Assembly (NCBI GenBank): GCA_016930515.1
Contig: JAFGGO010000033.1
Coordinates: 1-11,900, forward strand
Direction of reading: 5' to 3'
DNA from: Promethearchaeota archaeon
GTDB taxonomy: Archaea > Asgardarchaeota > Lokiarchaeia > Sigyniarchaeales > SOKP01
Length of the DNA stretch: 11,900 nucleotides
The position numbers were made by a program, and so were the translations under genes. Below are positions 6,334 to 11,900 of the stretch, one piece after another (the first letter of the stretch is position 1; every line of letters starts with the position of its first letter). The notes under the pieces were generated by a model that was given only the letters and a program-made list of their open reading frames with translations, had not been told where the DNA came from and searched no databases.

Positions 6334-8232
6334 GTGAATTTTTTTGATGATAACTTGAGAAAATACGAACATAAGAAAGTATCGCTTGAAAACGCAATAA
6401 ATAAATTTGTGAAGCCCGGAGATAGAATTTTTATTGATTCGGGGTGTGCTGAACCGACGGATCTGACGCAAAAATTAATAGAACTCGGTCCAACCTTACC
6501 TGATGTAGAGATCTTGCATTTTTTAAGCTTGAGCGACTTAGATTATTACAAGACGGCAGGTGGTATTGAAGATTTATTTCGTCATAACGCTTTTTTTATC
6601 GGAAAAAGCTTGCGAAAAGCAATAAAAGAAGGTTTAGCCGATTATACACCAATGCTACTTTCCGAAATTCCACGCTTGTTTAAATCGGGACAAATGCACG
6701 TGGATGCGGCTCTCGTGCAGGTTAGTCCTCCAGATAAATACGGATTTTGCAGCTTTGGAATTAATGTAGATATAGTTAAACCCATAGCCGAAGCAGCTGA
6801 ACGGGTAATTGCCGAGATTAATCCAAAAATGCCGCGTACTTTAGGAGATTCGTTCATACACATCGATGATATCGACGTATTTGTGATTTCGGAACACGAC
6901 ATCATTGAATTTAGCTACGAACCGCCTAACGAGGTGGCAGAAAAAATTGGTAGTTTCGTAAGCAGCCTCATCGAAGATGAATCTACGATTCAAACTGGAA
7001 TAGGACAAATACCAAATGCGTGTATCGAAAAATTGGAAAGTAAAAGGGATTTAGGCGTTCATAGTGAAGTTTTTTCAGATGGGATCGTGGATCTAGTCGA
7101 AGAAGGCATCATAACTTGTAAAAAAAAAACATTACACAATGGAAAAATGATATGTTCTTTTGTAATGGGTTCACGTAAGCTTTACGATTTTGTTGACGAC
7201 AATCCATTTGTTGAGTTCCATCCCTGCGATTATGTGAATGATCCTAACGTTATTGGTCAAAACAGGAAACAAGTGGCAATTAACGCGGCGCTCTCGGTCG
7301 ATTTAACGGGTCAAATAAACGCGGATTCGGTTGGTCATGAGTTTTACAGCGGAATAGGGGGGCAGGTAGATTTTGTAAGAGGAGCTGCGAGAGCAGTTGA
7401 TGGTAAACCGATTATGGTCTTACCTTCAACGGTTAAATTGGCTAATGGAGAAGTTGTTTCAAGAATCGTTGCTTCTTTACAACCAGGTACGGGCGTAGTT
7501 GTAACGAGAGGAGACGTTCATTATGTAGTCACGGAATGGGGCATCGCTCATCTTTATGGAAAGAGCGTTAGAGAAAGAGTTTTGCAAATGATTAATATAG
7601 CCCATCCCGATTTTAGAGAGGATCTTCTAGAGCAAGCGAAAAAATGGAACTATGTGTATTCAGATCAAAAATTACCAAGATCAATAGAAGGAAGGATCAG
7701 TCTTTATCCAGAAAAATATGAAACCTCTCTAACTCTTAAAAGTGGCAAGAAAATACTCGTAAGACCTATCAAAACAACTGATGAACGAATGCTCCAGGAG
7801 TTGTATTATTCCTTGGATAGTAAGGATAGATATTATAGGTTTTTCACCCCTGTGAAGGATTTTCGACATAAAAAAATTCAATACAATCTAACTATTGATT
7901 ACGCAACGAATATGGTTCTTGTGTGCGAATATTCCGAAGAAAATAAAAAAGAAATCATTGCGATTGGCGGATTTTTCAAGATTGAACAGCCAAACATTGC
8001 TGAAATTGCGTTTACAGTACATGACGAATGGCGAAACGAAGGGATCACGACTTTTTTGATGCATTATTTAGTGAAGATCGCAAGGGAACTTAGTTACAAG
8101 GCATTGAGCGGTAGCATATTATTGGAGAATAAGGCGATGTTACACATTATCAACAAGGGAGAATATCCCTTAAAATTTAAACAAATTGATTCGGGTGTAT
8201 TCGATTTTGTCATGGATATTACATTATCATAA
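6334..8232 (+). CDS. Acetyl-CoA hydrolase/CoA-transferase (4-hydroxybutyrate CoA-transferase-like) fused to a C-terminal GNAT acetyltransferase
   Basis: Family I CoA-transferase motifs VSPPDKYGFCSFG, EINPKMPRTLG, LGVHSEVFSDG (catalytic Glu245), SGIGGQVDFVRGA and VHYVVTEWGIA. From aa ~458 there is a Pat-type GNAT: SGKKILVRPIK, YYRFF, AEIAFTVHDEWRNEGI, ENKAML. GTG start with GGTGG upstream. Confidence 0.93.
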   Translation: MNFFDDNLRKYEHKKVSLENAINKFVKPGDRIFIDSGCAEPTDLTQKLIELGPTLPDVEILHFLSLSDLDYYKTAGGIEDLFRHNAFFIGKSLRKAIKEGLADYTPMLLSEIPRLFKSGQMHVDAALVQVSPPDKYGFCSFGINVDIVKPIAEAAERVIAEINPKMPRTLGDSFIHIDDIDVFVISEHDIIEFSYEPPNEVAEKIGSFVSSLIEDESTIQTGIGQIPNACIEKLESKRDLGVHSEVFSDGIVDLVEEGIITCKKKTLHNGKMICSFVMGSRKLYDFVDDNPFVEFHPCDYVNDPNVIGQNRKQVAINAALSVDLTGQINADSVGHEFYSGIGGQVDFVRGAARAVDGKPIMVLPSTVKLANGEVVSRIVASLQPGTGVVVTRGDVHYVVTEWGIAHLYGKSVRERVLQMINIAHPDFREDLLEQAKKWNYVYSDQKLPRSIEGRISLYPEKYETSLTLKSGKKILVRPIKTTDERMLQELYYSLDSKDRYYRFFTPVKDFRHKKIQYNLTIDYATNMVLVCEYSEENKKEIIAIGGFFKIEQPNIAEIAFTVHDEWRNEGITTFLMHYLVKIARELSYKALSGSILLENKAMLHIINKGEYPLKFKQIDSGVFDFVMDITLS

Positions 8233-8247
8233 CGCAAACTGTTAACG

Positions 8248-8270
8248 AAACGACGGAATTCGTCGTTTTT
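8248..8270 (+). terminator. Hairpin AAACGACG-GAATT-CGTCGTTT ending in a T-run, candidate terminator
   Basis: Perfect 8-bp stem with a 5-nt loop, 15 nt after stop codon 8232, with TTTTT at 8266-8270. Confidence 0.6.
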
Positions 8271-8275
8271 CCTAT

Positions 8276-8298
8276 TTGTCAAGAAGACAATTTATATA
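8276..8298 (+). promoter_or_regulatory. Archaeal promoter for the AOR operon: TATA box TTTATATA (8291-8298), with inverted repeat TTGTC-N5-GACAA (8276-8290) over the BRE position
   Basis: Canonical TTTATATA preceded by purine-rich AAGACAA, about 70 nt upstream of ATG 8365. GTGA motif at 8355-8358. Confidence 0.6.
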
Positions 8299-8364
8299 GG
8301 TGGGAATTTTAAATTATATCATGTTGTATTAATAAATATAGATTAAACATACAAGTGAAAAAAA

Positions 8365-10281
8365 ATGAGTAAGTCTAAGGAAATGCCAATACCAGACGAA
8401 GTTAAAGGGTATTCACAAAAACGACTTGACGTCGATTTAACGAATGGAAAAGTAAAAGAAAGCGTCATTCCTAAGGAGTACTGCCGCGACTGGATTGGAG
8501 GATACGGTTTTGGAGCAAAAGTATTATGGGACGAATTAAAACCAGGAGTAGATCCTTTAAGCCCCGATAATGTATTCGTATACGCTCACGGACCGTTTCC
8601 AACCACGATTTTGCCAACATCTTCAAAATATGGCGTGTTTGCCAAATCACCCTTAACGGGAATGTTTGGAATGGCAATATCTTCGGGATCGGTTGGTGCG
8701 CAAGCTCGAAGAGCCGGAATCAACATGATCGTTTTTAAAGGAAAGGCTCCCGAGCCCGTCTATTTGGTAGTTGACGACGATGATCGATATTTAGTTCCTT
8801 GTAAGGATAGCCTTTGGGGGAAAGGCACTTGGGAAACCGAAGACATATTGCGAGAAGAATTTCAAGATCATCGACTTGCTGTAATGTCAATTGGTCCGGC
8901 AGGCGAGCGAATGTCTCGCTTAGGTTGCATTACTAACGATAGGAACAGACAAGCAGGTAGGACGGGAATGGGTGCAGTTATGGGCTCTAAGAATCTTAAA
9001 GCCGTTGCATTTAGAGGAACGAAAAGTGTAAATGTTGCTCAACCTGCAGAATTTTATAAGTTGGCAAAAAAGTTGATTAAAGTGGCAAATGGACCTGCCA
9101 CGGCAAAATATCGAGATCTGGGCACTCCAGCGGGATTAACGAGCTACAACAAATTAGGCATGATGCCAACCCATAATTATCGCGAGGGAACTTGGGAAAA
9201 AATAGACGATGGGACCTTCACGGGAGACACGCTAAACGCAGATTGGATCGTTAAAAAGGTTGCGTGTTCTCAGTGTTCAATTGCGTGCGATCACATAGCA
9301 CATGTGCCTAAAACCCATCCACTCTGGCCTAATCTCTACTCGTCTATAGATGTTGAAATGTGTTATTCATACGGTACAAATACCGGTTGTTCTGATTGGC
9401 CTACCGTGTTCAAGTGCGTCCAACAATGCGACGACTTGGGAATTGACGCCATCTCGGGAGGTGTAACTTGTTCAATGGCTTGCGAGTTGTACGAAGTCGG
9501 ACTCATCACCAAGGAAGACCTTGGGTACGAATTACCCTTCGGATCCACAGCGAATTTAGTGAAATTTAACGAAGAGATGATACTTGGAAAGGGTTTTCCA
9601 GGAAAGATCTTTGGAGACGGTACTAAAGAAGCGGGAAAGCGACTCGAAGAAATGGGTCGAAAAAACGCAAGTTATTATGGGATGCAAATCAAGGGATTGG
9701 AAATGCCCGCATTTGATATTCACGGCATGACAACCTTTGCAGTAGGGGAAAGCGTGTCAATTAGAGGCGCATGTCATTTGAGAAATGGCGCATATGGAGT
9801 AGACACTAAAGGAACTTACGATAGATTCGGATACGAAAAACCAGTGGAACGAGGAAAAGCAATAAAAGACGTGGAAGATATTTACGCCATAGTTGATTCT
9901 TATATAATCTGTAAATTTACGAGGGGTATTTATGAGAACGACGACGAAATGGCGAAAGTCTATGAGCTTGTCACGGGTATTCCCGCAACCGGGGATTCTA
10001 TAAACAAAAGAGGAGAGGCCATCGTAACTCTTTCAAAATGTTTCAACATAAGAGAAGGATGGACAAGGGCTGACGATCACCCTCCAGAACGGTTTTTCAA
10101 GGAACCACACACCAAGGGTCCCGCAAAAGGATTCACGTTAGATGAAAAAGGGTATCAATCGGTTCTTAGCGGCTATTATGAGGCAAGGGGATGGGACAAA
10201 GACACGGGAATACCGACCGACGCCAAGTTAAAGGAACTCGGAATGGATTTTGTGATTGGAAAATTAGGAGGTAAGAAGTAA
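8365..10281 (+). CDS. aor: Aldehyde:ferredoxin oxidoreductase family (tungsten bis-pterin, AOR/WOR) catalytic subunit
   Basis: Motifs KSPLTG, SIGPAGE, AGRTGMGAVMGSKNLKAV, CxxCxxxC (C301/C304/C308) plus C516 for the [4Fe-4S] cluster, DDLGIDAIS pterin-binding motif, RGACH, FNIREG and YYEARGWD..GIP. Confidence 0.95.
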   Translation: MSKSKEMPIPDEVKGYSQKRLDVDLTNGKVKESVIPKEYCRDWIGGYGFGAKVLWDELKPGVDPLSPDNVFVYAHGPFPTTILPTSSKYGVFAKSPLTGMFGMAISSGSVGAQARRAGINMIVFKGKAPEPVYLVVDDDDRYLVPCKDSLWGKGTWETEDILREEFQDHRLAVMSIGPAGERMSRLGCITNDRNRQAGRTGMGAVMGSKNLKAVAFRGTKSVNVAQPAEFYKLAKKLIKVANGPATAKYRDLGTPAGLTSYNKLGMMPTHNYREGTWEKIDDGTFTGDTLNADWIVKKVACSQCSIACDHIAHVPKTHPLWPNLYSSIDVEMCYSYGTNTGCSDWPTVFKCVQQCDDLGIDAISGGVTCSMACELYEVGLITKEDLGYELPFGSTANLVKFNEEMILGKGFPGKIFGDGTKEAGKRLEEMGRKNASYYGMQIKGLEMPAFDIHGMTTFAVGESVSIRGACHLRNGAYGVDTKGTYDRFGYEKPVERGKAIKDVEDIYAIVDSYIICKFTRGIYENDDEMAKVYELVTGIPATGDSINKRGEAIVTLSKCFNIREGWTRADDHPPERFFKEPHTKGPAKGFTLDEKGYQSVLSGYYEARGWDKDTGIPTDAKLKELGMDFVIGKLGGKK

Positions 10282-10818
10282 ATGGCACCGAAAAAACAAA
10301 AACATCATCAATTTATCGTAGTTAACGCAGATCTCTGCACGGGGTGCGAGACGTGCGAGTCGGTATGCTCTTTCGTGCACGACGGTAGCTTTAACCCGAT
10401 AAACACGAGGATCCACAGGATTCGTATCGAACCCATCTTGAATGTCGCCTTGTCTTGTCAAAAGTGCGACGATGCGCCTTGCATTAGATCTTGTCCAGAG
10501 AAGGCGCTTGATAAAGACGAGGAGGGTTCCATTTTAGTTGACAATGACAAGTGCAACGGCTGCGGCTTTTGCGTCCGAGCGTGCGATTTTGGAGTTATTT
10601 CTCTTCATTTGAATACCCAGAAAGCGATTGTTTGCGATTTATGCGAAGGCATGAAAGAGGAATTTATCGACCCTGAAGTGGGTAAGAAAGAGCCCCAATG
10701 CATAGCAGTCTGCCCCAAAGAAGCCATCTCGCTCAAGACCGTGGTCCAAATCGGCGAAGAAACGAGGATAGAGGCTGCTAAAAAGCTCTTTTCGGAGATG
10801 CTCGAAGAGGCAAAATAA
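10282..10818 (+). CDS. 4x[4Fe-4S] polyferredoxin (DmsB/HydN type), probable electron-transfer subunit of the AOR
   Basis: 16 Cys in four groups: CTGCETCESVC, CQKCDDAPCIRSCP, CNGCGFCVRAC, CDLC...PQCIAVCP. The ATG directly abuts the aor stop, and GGAGGT at 10267-10272 suggests translational coupling. Confidence 0.95.
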   Translation: MAPKKQKHHQFIVVNADLCTGCETCESVCSFVHDGSFNPINTRIHRIRIEPILNVALSCQKCDDAPCIRSCPEKALDKDEEGSILVDNDKCNGCGFCVRACDFGVISLHLNTQKAIVCDLCEGMKEEFIDPEVGKKEPQCIAVCPKEAISLKTVVQIGEETRIEAAKKLFSEMLEEAK

Positions 10819-10826
10819 ATCAACCA

Positions 10827-10849
10827 TTTTTATAATTTTTTCTTTTTTT
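10827..10849 (+). terminator. Oligo-T terminator of the aor-ferredoxin operon
   Basis: Three T-runs of 5-7 nt just after stop codon 10818. Confidence 0.6.
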
Positions 10850-10932
10850 ATTACTCTTAGATATCTATTATTTTCGAGAATAATTACTAATCTTTAAAAA
10901 AGTCCTATTTAAATTTTTGAGAAGATCGTAAT

Positions 10933-11820
10933 TTACATCCCATCGCTGCCAATTCCAATAGAGAGGTCGTAATTAATGGCAGAATTCATAAACAAAATCA
11001 CTATTAGTAAAATCATAAAAATGATACATAGAATCGATGTTTTTTTAAGCGCTTTCCAAGATATTAAGGACAAGTAATACATAAAGTCTTCTTTATCTTT
11101 AGGATCATCAGAAAGAGTTAGTAGGCGAAAATTCATTTCGAGATATTGTTCATTCCATTTTTTTCCAATAAAAAAGAATGGATATACAAAAATGAGACCG
11201 AAAGAAATTCCGGTCATCCAAGATAAAAATACATCCCTTGTAATATAATTAATTGGTAAGCATGTACAAAACGCTAGAATAAAAATGAAAGAAAATATTG
11301 ATATTGTTCGATTTCTCTTCGAAAAGATACTCTTTACCTCGTTTAACTCTGCTTCAAAGGGCTTGAATTTGGACCGTATTTCTTGAATTTTTTCTTTAAA
11401 GGCTATTTTTCGCTCCTTTGTAAAAATTAATTCCTTTAAAATTTCATTGTATTTTTTATCACTTTCACTCTTGAGATTAACGCTATATTGGACTAGATTT
11501 AAATCATATAAAATCTTGAATCCTATAATCGGAGAGATAAGTCCAATTGTAATCAATGTTCCTGCAATGATAAAACCTATAATTGAAGGTAGAGAGAGCA
11601 ATGTGATAAAAAAAAATGATACTCTTGCCAAAGCTAAACTATGGATGCATGTGAGTAATAAAATGCTCCCTCTAGCTATTTTATGAGATTGCAATTTCTT
11701 TAATTCCTCCAGATTGAGCGATTCGTATTTCTTTACATCCTTAAGTTGTTTCCCGCAATTTTCACAAATAATTGCTCTGTTCTTGTTGATCTCTCCACAG
11801 TACTTACATTTTCCAAACAT
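10933..11820 (-). CDS. Zinc-ribbon-domain membrane protein (about 5 TM), hypothetical
   Basis: N-terminal CKYCG...AIICENCGKQL zinc ribbon, then a TM pair, a charged helical linker, a second TM pair and a C-terminal TM. Confidence 0.8.
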   Translation of the reverse strand: MFGKCKYCGEINKNRAIICENCGKQLKDVKKYESLNLEELKKLQSHKIARGSILLLTCIHSLALARVSFFFITLLSLPSIIGFIIAGTLITIGLISPIIGFKILYDLNLVQYSVNLKSESDKKYNEILKELIFTKERKIAFKEKIQEIRSKFKPFEAELNEVKSIFSKRNRTISIFSFIFILAFCTCLPINYITRDVFLSWMTGISFGLIFVYPFFFIGKKWNEQYLEMNFRLLTLSDDPKDKEDFMYYLSLISWKALKKTSILCIIFMILLIVILFMNSAINYDLSIGIGSDGM

Positions 11821-11900
11821 TTTTTATCTTAATTAATAAGTTATAATGTATTTGAAAAATCCAAACAATTCTTTCTAATACAGGATTTTGTATAATGAAT

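Noticed and set aside
6642-11686. Short antisense ORFs inside the CoA-transferase, aor, ferredoxin and zinc-ribbon genes
   Set aside because: They overlap strongly supported genes on the opposite strand and show no domain signatures.
1-11900. CRISPR arrays, tRNA/rRNA genes, IS elements
   Set aside because: No regularly spaced repeats, cloverleaf-like GC-rich segments, transposase motifs or terminal inverted repeats were seen.

Overview
AT-rich, gene-dense prokaryotic window with archaeal-style signals: TATA-like boxes, GTGA/GGTGA-type ribosome-binding motifs followed by A-runs, and oligo-T terminators. Gene content and style suggest an Asgard (Lokiarchaeia-like) archaeon, but this is inference because no marker gene is present. 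From left to right it encodes: (1) a small all-helical coiled-coil protein (-); (2) a three-gene + strand cluster made of a 10-TM DMT/EamA transporter with an unusual C-terminal Lrp/AsnC ligand-binding (RAM) domain, a stand-alone RAM protein with no HTH, and an uncharacterised DxD-motif GT-A-like protein; (3) a ~525-aa coiled-coil protein (-); (4) a class I SAM methyltransferase (-); (5) a candidate 53-aa small ORF missed by the ORF track; (6) an acetyl-CoA hydrolase/CoA-transferase-GNAT fusion; (7) a tungsten aldehyde:ferredoxin oxidoreductase-family enzyme with divergent active-site motifs, followed by its 4x[4Fe-4S] subunit; (8) a zinc-ribbon membrane protein (-). The best candidate for an undescribed system is the EamA-RAM plus stand-alone RAM pair, which may be a ligand-gated transporter. 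No RNA genes, CRISPR arrays or mobile elements were recognised.
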